Shown in pieces: positions 22,613-33,066 of a stretch of 64,000 bases of DNA (the first letter of the stretch is position 1; each line of letters opens with the position of its first letter). The stretch covers positions 7,772 through 71,771 of the forward strand of contig JBGTQK010000003.1 in the NCBI GenBank assembly GCA_041941365.1, given 5' to 3'. Under the pieces are notes generated by a model. That model was not told the origin of the DNA. It saw nothing but the letters and a program-made list of their open reading frames with translations, and made no database searches. The position numbers and the translations under genes were made by a program. Source of the DNA: Cellvibrionales bacterium (GTDB lineage Bacteria; Pseudomonadota; Gammaproteobacteria; Pseudomonadales; UBA7434).

Positions 22613-25099
22613 TTGTCAGTTGAGAAATCATCTAAAGGTGGGAAGTTTTGGCAAGGGATAGTTTTGTTAGTGCTGCCAATGCTTGCGGCTTTCTTAGCGT
22701 TGTTTTTGTGGATAACGCCAACATTAAATACACTCGCAGCCAAGCACTACATACAAGGGGTTGCTGAGCAGAAAGCAAAAGTACTTGATACAGAAATAAC
22801 AATTGTATCGCAACGGTTAGAAGGTCTTGCTAAATCGCCATTGTTGCTATCAGCGATTGAAGAAAACGATCAGGTATTGTTAGATCAGATCAAAAATCAA
22901 TTGAGCGTTATGTTTAATGGTGTTGACCAGCTTTTTATTATGCCGCTGGATATTGTGGGTTTAGCTGATGTAGGAAGCAATAAAGATCAGTGGCGAAATA
23001 ATATAGAAAAAGATATTTTAATGCGCGCGACAGTTGATGATAAAGCCAAAATGGAGGCTTACTCACTCAATCAGAAAAACCTGCTGGCTTTTGCCCAACC
23101 TATAATATCCGGGGCAGATAATATAGGTGTTATTTTTTTAGCTTTGGATAAATCATGGTTTGGCTATCGTTTAAAAGGAATGCAGGATTCAGAATCAGCC
23201 AAAACCGAGCTAATCATGCAAAACGGAGCATCTGATTCATCGGTAGCTGTTGATCAACCGATTGCAGAGGTAAAGAATGCTGTAACGGGTTCTGCATCAT
23301 TAAAGGTAATTGAAAATTTGAGATTGGATTACTCTTATTCAAAAAACAATATTGATTTCAGTGCTCTGTTACCTCTCCTTTATGGCCTTCCAATTATAGT
23401 TTTTCTCGGAGGCCTGCTAGCAATGTTTGTATCTCGAGATACTAATAATCTTTCTCCAGAGTCTCTAGAAGATGATGCCTCGGCTCTAAAAGTTTATTTG
23501 ACAGGGGCATTGGAAAAAGACATTGCATCGCCGCAATTATCGATAGACAGCCTAAATAATGTGGTTAAAGGGTTTGAAAAAGCATTGGGTGATTATAAAG
23601 AGAAACAGGATTCCCAGAAAAAGTTTTCAGCCCAGATTGATGATGTGCTGACTTCGACGGGTGCGCTAGGCGAAGAGACATTACCTCAAGTACGAGAATT
23701 TGATGATGAGCCTGAGAAGAAAAAAATATCTGTGCCAGAACATATTTTTCGTGCCTATGACATTCGTGGAGTTGCTGAAGAAGAATTAAACGATGAGGTA
23801 GTCGATGCTATAGGAAAAGCAATTGGAAGCAGGGTCGTAAAAGAGGGTCAAAGCTCCGTGATTGTGGGCTGCGATGGGCGTATTTCATCCGGTCGTATTA
23901 CTGAAGCTCTTATAGAGGGTATTATTTCAACGGGGTGTTCGGTAAAAAATATTGGTCTTGTTCCTTCGCCATTGGTTTATTTTGCCTGTGAGCACTTAGA
24001 AATGGGTGCTGGAGTTATGGTGACAGGCAGTCACAATCCTCCTGAATTTAATGGTATGAAAGTTGTGATAAATAATCAGGCACTTTCAGAGGGAGAAATA
24101 AAAAGTTTGTACAAAAGTATTGAAGAAGGGGATTTTGTTGAAGGGGAAGGCAGTAAATCTTATGCAGATATTGTTGATGATTATATTGACCGTATTGCAG
24201 ATGATGTTGTGTTCGCTTCTCCATTAAAAGTCGTCCTTGATTGTGGTAACGGTGCTGCCAGCGAAATAGCACCAATGTTATATGCATCGCTTGGCTGTGA
24301 AGTTGTTCCATTATTTGCTGAAATTGATGGTACATTCCCAAATCATTTTCCTGACCCTGGTAAGAAAGAAAATCTTAAGAGTTTGATTGAAGCTGTTAGT
24401 GAGCATAAAGCTGATTTGGGCCTTGCATTTGATGGTGATGCAGATCGCCTTGTTGTAGTGACATCTTCAGGACAGATAGTTGATGCTGACCGGTTACTCA
24501 TGTTATTTGCGAAAGATGTAATAACCAGAAACCCTGGCGCAGATGTTGTTTACGATATTAAATGTACTCGCAATCTAAGCCAGTTGATATCAAATCATGG
24601 TGGGCGCCCTGTAATGTGGAGAAGTGGCCATTCTTTAATAAAGCAAAAAATGCGCGAAACAGGTGCATTGTTAGGAGGGGAGTTTTCCGGACATTTTTTC
24701 TTTAAAGAGCGTTGGTATGGATTTGATGATGGTCTTTACAGTGGCGCTCGACTTATTGAAATGTTAACACTTGATGGTGTTTCTCTTGACGCAGCAATTG
24801 CAGAGCTACCAGCGAGTATAGCCTCTCCAGAAATTGATATTGACGTTGATGAGTCCAGTAAATTTGATGTGGTAGAACAGTTGATAGACAAATCTGATTT
24901 TGCAGAAGGTGAAAAAACGGTGTTAGATGGTTTAAGAGTTGATTTCCCCTATGGTTGGGGGTTGATCAGGCCTTCAAATACATCACCTAAGCTAACTGCC
25001 CGTTTTGAAGCGGATAGTGAAGAAGAATTGATCAAAATAAAACAAACCTTTTCAAAAGCACTCTTTGCAATTGATTCTAATTTAGTATTATCTGTGTAG
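22613..25099 (+). CDS. algC: Phosphomannomutase/phosphoglucomutase (AlgC-type) with a 370-aa membrane-anchored N-terminal extension
   Basis: The C-terminal 450 aa is a PMM/PGM (FRAYDIRG, active-site TGSHNPPEFNG, Mg site FDGDADR, GGEFSGH). The N-terminal part has two TM segments flanking a roughly 215-aa loop. TTG start with a GAGGGG Shine-Dalgarno. Confidence 0.85.
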   Translation: MSVEKSSKGGKFWQGIVLLVLPMLAAFLALFLWITPTLNTLAAKHYIQGVAEQKAKVLDTEITIVSQRLEGLAKSPLLLSAIEENDQVLLDQIKNQLSVMFNGVDQLFIMPLDIVGLADVGSNKDQWRNNIEKDILMRATVDDKAKMEAYSLNQKNLLAFAQPIISGADNIGVIFLALDKSWFGYRLKGMQDSESAKTELIMQNGASDSSVAVDQPIAEVKNAVTGSASLKVIENLRLDYSYSKNNIDFSALLPLLYGLPIIVFLGGLLAMFVSRDTNNLSPESLEDDASALKVYLTGALEKDIASPQLSIDSLNNVVKGFEKALGDYKEKQDSQKKFSAQIDDVLTSTGALGEETLPQVREFDDEPEKKKISVPEHIFRAYDIRGVAEEELNDEVVDAIGKAIGSRVVKEGQSSVIVGCDGRISSGRITEALIEGIISTGCSVKNIGLVPSPLVYFACEHLEMGAGVMVTGSHNPPEFNGMKVVINNQALSEGEIKSLYKSIEEGDFVEGEGSKSYADIVDDYIDRIADDVVFASPLKVVLDCGNGAASEIAPMLYASLGCEVVPLFAEIDGTFPNHFPDPGKKENLKSLIEAVSEHKADLGLAFDGDADRLVVVTSSGQIVDADRLLMLFAKDVITRNPGADVVYDIKCTRNLSQLISNHGGRPVMWRSGHSLIKQKMRETGALLGGEFSGHFFFKERWYGFDDGLYSGARLIEMLTLDGVSLDAAIAELPASIASPEIDIDVDESSKFDVVEQLIDKSDFAEGEKTVLDGLRVDFPYGWGLIRPSNTSPKLTARFEADSEEELIKIKQTFSKALFAIDSNLVLSV

Positions 25100-25166
25100 A
25101 ATGTTAGAAGTTTAAACATTGCCTGGATCTTCAATTAATATTTTACGCCATAACAATTTACTTTAG

Positions 25167-26117
<951 letters not shown>

Positions 26118-26827
26118 ATAAAGAGGTTAAAATACTTAAAATAACTTATGTATTATTTAAAAATACCTTCTTTGTCAAATGTTTCGGTAGCCTTTCTCAA
26201 TTCTTTTTTTATGTCCAGAAATTTGTTTCTGTATTGTGAAATAAAATACGCAACTGAAAAAAAATCATTATTAGTTAATAAAAAGACTTCATTTCAGAGA
26301 CAAATAAGAGTATCTTAGCTAATACGGTTTTTACATCGTTAATGAAATTCATATTTTGTCAGCCATGTTTTTTTATCGAGCATAAAGAAGACGCTAGGTT
26401 TACATATAGCAGCAATTGCAGTTAGATGGTTGCTCAGCCTTAAGTTATCTTCTAACAGGTTAAAGCAGGGCGATAGAAAAAATAAAAATGTTGTAATTTC
26501 GTTGACTCATAAATGTAAGTGGTGTTATTTCAACCGGATGATAAATTTTTTAATTATTTTAACTCTCAACATCATTTTAGTGTCTAATAACAAGTTTTGA
26601 TTTAATAGTATTTTTCTCAAAACTCTTTAATTAACTTTGCTTTTACTTCTCAATTAAGATGATAGAATAGAACAAAGTTAAGAGACGCTAAAAAGGAATT
26701 TATCAAACCAAAGTTGCTTACACTTATTTGTGCTGTTTAATTTTGTAGGGTCAGCGCTTTAGATAACGATGGTAAAGTCGATACATGTAACTAGAGAAGC
26801 AAACACTGAATTTAGATAAGACGATTT

Positions 26828-27481
26828 ATGCCAAGACTTGCCCAAAAAACCCCTCGACGTCAACAAATCCTTGAAGCTTTAGCCAGAATGTTAGAAGCCT
26901 CCCCCGGTGAGCGAATTACAACGGCTGGGCTTGCGAAAACTGTTGGTGTATCAGAAGCAGCGCTTTATAGGCATTTTCCAAGCAAAGCGAAAATGTTTGA
27001 AGGCTTGTTGGATTATGTAGAAGAGGTAATTTTTACGCGTATCAATGGAATATTGGCAGAAGAAAAAAATGCTTTACCCAGGCTTGAGTTGATACTGGCA
27101 TTGATATTAGGTTTTGCAGAAAAGAATCCCGGTATATCACGTATTCTCAATGGAGATGCCCTGGCTGGAGAAACGGAGAGAGTTAGAAATCGAGTTGCCC
27201 AGTTTTACGACAGAATTGAGACGCAATTAAAGCAAGTATTACGAGATGCTGAAGTAACTCAAGGGCTTCGTTCAACTATAACACCTGTTGCGGCTTCTAA
27301 TGTACTCCTGGCCGCAGTAGAAGGGCGAATAGCGCAATATGTCAGAAGCAAATTCAAGCGTTTGCCAACTCAAAATTGGTCTGAGCAATGGCAGCTTTTG
27401 ATGGCGGGCTTCTTTAGAGAGGCTATTCAACAAAAGCCCCAGCATTCCATAGCCAGAGAGCAGTCACAAATAATTGCTTAA
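26828..27481 (+). CDS. slmA: Nucleoid occlusion factor SlmA (TetR family)
   Basis: N-terminal RRQQILEALARMLE...ITTAGLAKTVGVSEAALYRHFPSKAKMFEGL closely matches SlmA. It is adjacent to pyrE, as in enterics. Confidence 0.85.
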   Translation: MPRLAQKTPRRQQILEALARMLEASPGERITTAGLAKTVGVSEAALYRHFPSKAKMFEGLLDYVEEVIFTRINGILAEEKNALPRLELILALILGFAEKNPGISRILNGDALAGETERVRNRVAQFYDRIETQLKQVLRDAEVTQGLRSTITPVAASNVLLAAVEGRIAQYVRSKFKRLPTQNWSEQWQLLMAGFFREAIQQKPQHSIAREQSQIIA

Positions 27482-27536
27482 TTTCGATTAAATAATTATG
27501 GGCTTGTTGATTCAAGGTCAATGATAGTGACGTTTC

Positions 27537-28199
27537 TTAACTATTTTCTGATTGATCACTGTATATTTTTTCTAACAGTTTCCTAAGAGTTCTGGCGTCC
27601 TCTTCAAATTTTTCTTCTACCTCTGCTTTTTCAAGCTTTTTCTGGTCAATATCGGCGCGAGTTTTAATCATCTCTTCTTCAAGCTCTGCTATGTGCTTGA
27701 GAATTGTTTCAGGTATTTCCATACCTCGTCGTTCAAAATTAGCTACTTTACTTTGTTCTCTAGCTACTTTTTCTTTACGTGTTAGGAGGTAGGTTTTTAA
27801 TCGGCTAATACGTATATCAAAGTCTGCCAGTTTACGTTTTTTCTCGGCTTCTAGATCCTGCTCATCACTGTATCTCAATAGTAAGGCTTCATGCCGAATT
27901 TTTTGTTCTTCAATAATGCGTGCGCGTTGGTTTTCATCAAGAGGCAGGAAAACTTTAACAATTTCACCATTACTATTAATCACCTCATAGCCGGCGCTTG
28001 CCTCTTCAGGAGTAATGCTGGATTTTATTTGGACTTTACCGTCTTGATCTTTAATTCGAAAAAACTGTTGAGACGCGCTCTCGTTACTTGACGGGGGGGC
28101 AGCCAATGCGTAGCTAGCAATGCCTGTTTGTAAAGATAACAGGCAGGGTAAAGCTAATGGTAGCGTAGATCTAAAAAGATAAACTAACGAAGCCCTCAA
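27537..28199 (-). CDS. Secreted coiled-coil protein (DUF4124-like N-terminus)
   Basis: TTG start 1 nt after the pyrE stop. A signal peptide and a short beta region (FFRIKDQDGKVQIKSS) precede a long E/K-rich helical segment. Confidence 0.55.
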   Translation of the reverse strand: MRASLVYLFRSTLPLALPCLLSLQTGIASYALAAPPSSNESASQQFFRIKDQDGKVQIKSSITPEEASAGYEVINSNGEIVKVFLPLDENQRARIIEEQKIRHEALLLRYSDEQDLEAEKKRKLADFDIRISRLKTYLLTRKEKVAREQSKVANFERRGMEIPETILKHIAELEEEMIKTRADIDQKKLEKAEVEEKFEEDARTLRKLLEKIYSDQSENS

Positions 28200-28200
28200 T

Positions 28201-28860
28201 TTAGCACCCGTATTTTTGTCTGTATTGATACATTTTCTTGATCACTTCTTCATTAATAGCTGGATTTTCGTTCTGTTTAGACAAATATTCCATTAATAAT
28301 TCAATATTTATGATACTTTTTACGTCAATATGCAATTCATTTTTTAGTGTAGTAGTTGAGCTGAGTCCTGAAGTGTCAATTTTTTCCTGTCGGTCAAGGC
28401 CGAGAATTACACCACAAATTGCAGCTTCCTCGATAGTACTTAGCATGTTGTGTACCTCTCTGATTGCAGTCCCTGCAGTGATCACATCATCAAGTATCAA
28501 AATTTTTCCTGAGGGCTGTGCCCCAACCAGGTCTCCACCTTCACCGTGTGATTTAGTCAACTTTCGATTAAATGTATAGGGTTTATTTATTTGATACTTG
28601 GATGCCAGGGATGCTGCTGTAACAGAAACAAGAGGGATTCCTTTGTAAGCCGGTCCAAAAAGGCAGTCGAAGTCTATATTGGATTCCACAATTTTATCGG
28701 CATAGCATTCTCCCATGGTAGCAAGAGCCTGCCCTGTGTTAAATTTACCGGCATTGAAGAAGTACGGGCTAATTCGACCTGATTTTAATCGAAACTCTCC
28801 AAAACAAAGAGCCTGGCAGTCGATGGCTAGCTGGATAAAACGTTGTTCAAAATCTAGCAT
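28201..28860 (-). CDS. pyrE: Orotate phosphoribosyltransferase
   Basis: The start is set at MLDFEQRFIQ, the typical PyrE N-terminus; the track ORF extends 28 codons upstream. PRPP-binding motif ILILDDVITAGTA is present. Confidence 0.9.
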   Translation of the reverse strand: MLDFEQRFIQLAIDCQALCFGEFRLKSGRISPYFFNAGKFNTGQALATMGECYADKIVESNIDFDCLFGPAYKGIPLVSVTAASLASKYQINKPYTFNRKLTKSHGEGGDLVGAQPSGKILILDDVITAGTAIREVHNMLSTIEEAAICGVILGLDRQEKIDTSGLSSTTTLKNELHIDVKSIINIELLMEYLSKQNENPAINEEVIKKMYQYRQKYGC

Positions 28861-29202
28861 GAGTTTTTTAGGGGCCTGACAAAATAATAGTGAAATTGAA
28901 GGTTTTAGATACAGGAAAGCAAAAAAATAACCTTGCAAAACCATTATAAACCCAATTAAATAGCCCCGATATTAAGTAATACAACGTAGCTCTAAGTAAG
29001 TGTTTGGATTTAAGTGAAGATTTCACGAATAACTAAATATTTGTTGAATGCTATAAGAAAAGTTCACAGCATCCCTTCTTGGCGCAAGTGACCTTGATTG
29101 GTTCGTCGCGATACAAATACTAATAATTAAAATAGATAAACTTTTGTTAGATGAAGCGTTGTTGCTGCTATATTTTATATGATGATATTTTGAGGCAAAA
29201 TA

Positions 29203-29991
29203 ATGAGGATTATCAGCTTTTGCGCTGACGGCATAGAGCAAGCAATGAAAAAGGGTTTTTACGAATGGATGCTGAGTCAGGATGCAGACATAGTGTGTAT
29301 TCAGGATATTCGTACAGAAGAGTACAAATTAAGAGACGACGTTTATTTTCCCAGCCAGTACAACGCCTATTTTTTTGATAACCCGCAAGGCACTAATGGA
29401 GTAGCGGTCTATTGTCGGGATATGCCAAAAGCAATCATGACAGGCTTGGGTTTTAACGACTTCGATCAGGAAGCCCGGTATATTCAGGCAGATTTTGACC
29501 GTATCAGCTTTGGATCTTTGCTGGCGCCTCAAGCTTCGCTGGATGATGAAAAGAGCATGCACCGCAAAACTGCTTTTTTTCAGCAGTTGCATGACCATCT
29601 AGCAAAGATTCGTCATAAACGCAGAGACTTTGTGATATGCGGTAATTTTCAAATAGCACATCAGAAGAAGGACGTTCAATTGTTTGAAGAAAATCAGGGT
29701 AAAGTAGGTTTTACTGAGGTTGAGCGTAGCTGGTTAGATCAGATGCTGATGGATCTTGGTTATGTCGATGCTTTTAGAGCAGCGATTAGTGATGATGATG
29801 AATTTACCTGGTGGCCAACTGGCGAAGTGGGTGTTGATGGCTGGCGTGTAGATTATCAGATAGTTTCACAAGACTTACGTAAAACAGTTGAATATGCGCA
29901 AATCCTGAAAAATAAAACGTTCTCTACCCATGCGCCTGTATCGGTAGATTACGAATACGAAATAAATCCGGATGAAACACCGTTATACTAA
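29203..29991 (+). CDS. crc: Crc-like protein (exonuclease III/EEP fold with substituted catalytic residues)
   Basis: Collinear with Pseudomonas Crc (RIIS, IQADFDRISFGSLLAP, RRDFVICGNFQIAH, STHAPV). The XthA catalytic positions are changed: NING to ADGI, QET to QDI, GDMN to GNFQ, SDH to STH. The pyrE / crc / rph context matches Pseudomonas. Confidence 0.7.
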   Translation: MRIISFCADGIEQAMKKGFYEWMLSQDADIVCIQDIRTEEYKLRDDVYFPSQYNAYFFDNPQGTNGVAVYCRDMPKAIMTGLGFNDFDQEARYIQADFDRISFGSLLAPQASLDDEKSMHRKTAFFQQLHDHLAKIRHKRRDFVICGNFQIAHQKKDVQLFEENQGKVGFTEVERSWLDQMLMDLGYVDAFRAAISDDDEFTWWPTGEVGVDGWRVDYQIVSQDLRKTVEYAQILKNKTFSTHAPVSVDYEYEINPDETPLY

Positions 29992-30048
29992 AGTATTTTG
30001 TTAGTCTTGTTTTTAGAGCGTTATTTGCTGGATGCCAATGGAATGGCA

Positions 30049-30771
30049 TTAGTTATTAGCTAATGCCATTTTTTGAACCTGAATAATTTGAGCTATTCCC
30101 TGTTTACCGATATTTAATAACTGTTCCAGCTCTTCCATAGCAAAAGGTACGCCTTCAGCGGTACCTTGTACTTCAATAAATTTGCCAGTATCTGACATCA
30201 CGATGTTCATATCGGTTTCTGCTTGGGAATCCTCAGCATAATCCAGGTCTAATACGCATTCACCTTCAAAAATACCCACTGAAATAGCAGCAACATTGTG
30301 TTGAATGGGTGACTCTTCAATCATTTTCTGCTTTTGCATCCAGTTAACCGCATCGACAAGGGCAACGCTGGCCCCCGAAATAGCCGCTGTTCTTGTACCA
30401 CCGTCTGCCTGAATGACATCGCAATCAACGTGGATTGTGTTCTCGCCAAGCGCATTGAGATTAATTGCGGTGCGCAGTGACCTGCCAATCAATCGCTGTA
30501 TTTCTTGTGTGCGACCCGACTGCTTGCCTTTTGCAGCTTCTCTTTGCATCCTGTCACCTGTTGAGCGGGGAAGCATACCGTATTCTGCTGTAACCCAACC
30601 GGAGCCTTTACCTTTTAGAAACCTTGGTACACCTGTTACAACTGAAGCTGTACAGAGAACTTTGGTATCTCCAAATTGTGAAAGTACTGCACCCTCAGCA
30701 TGCTTGGTGTAGTTTCTTGTAAAGGTTATTGAGCGTAGTTGGTTATTTCTTCGGCCGCTAGGTCTTTGCAT
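30049..30771 (-). CDS. rph: Ribonuclease PH
   Basis: 240 aa. Motifs [27 protein letters not shown] and [11 protein letters not shown] are present. Confidence 0.93.
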   Translation of the reverse strand: MQRPSGRRNNQLRSITFTRNYTKHAEGAVLSQFGDTKVLCTASVVTGVPRFLKGKGSGWVTAEYGMLPRSTGDRMQREAAKGKQSGRTQEIQRLIGRSLRTAINLNALGENTIHVDCDVIQADGGTRTAAISGASVALVDAVNWMQKQKMIEESPIQHNVAAISVGIFEGECVLDLDYAEDSQAETDMNIVMSDTGKFIEVQGTAEGVPFAMEELEQLLNIGKQGIAQIIQVQKMALANN

Positions 30772-30953
30772 AAAAATATCCTATAAAATAGAAGGTCTGA
30801 ATTATAGCTGCGAATGGCTGCTTACGGTTTTATTTTATCTATCAATTATTTCGATGTGTTTAATACCCATAATTTTTTTTTCTGGTTTCGAAAGTGCGCA
30901 ATTAACAATAGATGTATAATAATTTTTTGTATAGATAGAATTGGAATAGTTTA

Positions 30954-31820
30954 ATGACTGTAGCAAGTATGACAGCGTTTGCCAGATCGGAGTTGAAAAG
31001 TGACTTTGGAACTTTTGTCTGGGAAATTCGGAGTGTAAATCACCGCTACCTAGAAACTCAGTATAAGTTGCCGGATAGGATAAAACCGTTAGAGCCAAAG
31101 CTTAATGAAATATTACGTGAAAAATTGGCAAGAGGTAAAGTCTATGTTCATCTTCATTATGAGCCGCTTGACTCGGAAACTGAACTGCTGGTCGATAAAA
31201 CCAGGTTGAATGCGCTGATACAGGCAGGCCAATCAATACAGGCTATAGCTAAAGACTCAGCTTTTTTATCGGTTTATCAGTTGCTAAATTGGCCAGGAGT
31301 TTTGCATCAACCGGAAATTGAGTTTGAAAACCTTGCTGCAGAAGCTATAAACAGTTTTACAATGGCTCTTGATGAATTAGTACAAGTCAGGCTAAATGAA
31401 GGTGGGCGTATGGCGCTGCTTATTGAAGACCGATTGCAGCAGATTAATTCAATGGTAGAAAGTTTCAGGGGTTTTTTGCCTGGAGTAATAACAGCTTATC
31501 AATCAAAAATTGAAGGGCGTCTAAAAGAATTAAAATTAGAGATAGATCAGGATCGTGTGGCGCAGGAGGTTGTTTTATTAGCACAAAAAGCCGATATTGC
31601 GGAAGAGTTAGACAGGCTGGATTCACATGTTGAAGAAGTATATAACACATTAAAAAAACGTGAACCTTGCGGCAGGCGGTTGGATTTTTTGATGCAAGAA
31701 CTCAATCGCGAAGCAAATACATTAGGTGCCAAGTCAATTACAAAAGAGACAAGTCAGGGTTCTGTTGATCTGAAAGTTCTGATAGAGCAAATGCGAGAGC
31801 AGATACAGAATATAGAATAA
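30954..31820 (+). CDS. yicC: YicC-family stress-induced protein
   Basis: SMTAFAR...WEIRSVNHRYLE and the C-terminal REANTLGAKS are typical of YicC. It is divergent from rph. Confidence 0.88.
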   Translation: MTVASMTAFARSELKSDFGTFVWEIRSVNHRYLETQYKLPDRIKPLEPKLNEILREKLARGKVYVHLHYEPLDSETELLVDKTRLNALIQAGQSIQAIAKDSAFLSVYQLLNWPGVLHQPEIEFENLAAEAINSFTMALDELVQVRLNEGGRMALLIEDRLQQINSMVESFRGFLPGVITAYQSKIEGRLKELKLEIDQDRVAQEVVLLAQKADIAEELDRLDSHVEEVYNTLKKREPCGRRLDFLMQELNREANTLGAKSITKETSQGSVDLKVLIEQMREQIQNIE

Positions 31821-31856
31821 TTATGTGATAAGTAAGTTGATATATCTGATGTTTAA

Positions 31857-32519
<663 letters not shown>

Positions 32520-32681
32520 AATCCGGCGCTGCCTGACTATATTACTTGCAAATAATTGTGTTTTTCCGGATCGGGACTCGAAATCAATACGTTAAAGGCT
32601 ATATAATCCGTCGGCTCAGCATTTATTGTTTATATGTTTAGTAATGTACTATTTTGTAAGCAACAATTTTAGGAATAATTC

Positions 32682-32936
32682 ATGGCTCGTATCACAGTAG
32701 AAGATTGTCTTGATCATGTAGAAAACCGTTTTGAACTGGTAATGGTTGCTACTAAACGCGCACGTCAAATTGCAATTCATGGCGCGGATCCTATGGTGCC
32801 AGTAAGCGATGACAAGCCAGCTGTTATCGCATTAAAAGAAATAGAATTAGGCTTAATTGATCCAAAAAATATTGATAAGCCCGAAGAAAGTATGGATGAA
32901 TTGACCGAAGATCTGGCAAAAGAGTTTAATCTGTAA
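32682..32936 (+). CDS. rpoZ: DNA-directed RNA polymerase subunit omega
   Basis: [10 protein letters not shown]....[14 protein letters not shown] is present. Confidence 0.93.
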   Translation: MARITVEDCLDHVENRFELVMVATKRARQIAIHGADPMVPVSDDKPAVIALKEIELGLIDPKNIDKPEESMDELTEDLAKEFNL

Positions 32937-33066
32937 ATAGGTATTTGTTCTTTTAAGCTAAGAAAAAGTTAAATATATTCATTTTATTTATTCTATAAAT
33001 TACAACTAATAAAAGACTTATCAAACACCACTACCATTCTTTTTGTTTTGCCCTTATATTGAGCAT

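Noticed and set aside
26118-26827. The idea that the long spacer is a decayed dut gene, since dut is missing from its usual place.
   Set aside because: Hand translation of all frames shows frequent stops and none of the dUTPase motifs (AG.DL, G..D.DYRGE, ERIAQ). The composition looks like plain AT-rich non-coding DNA. I kept it only as an unexplained spacer.
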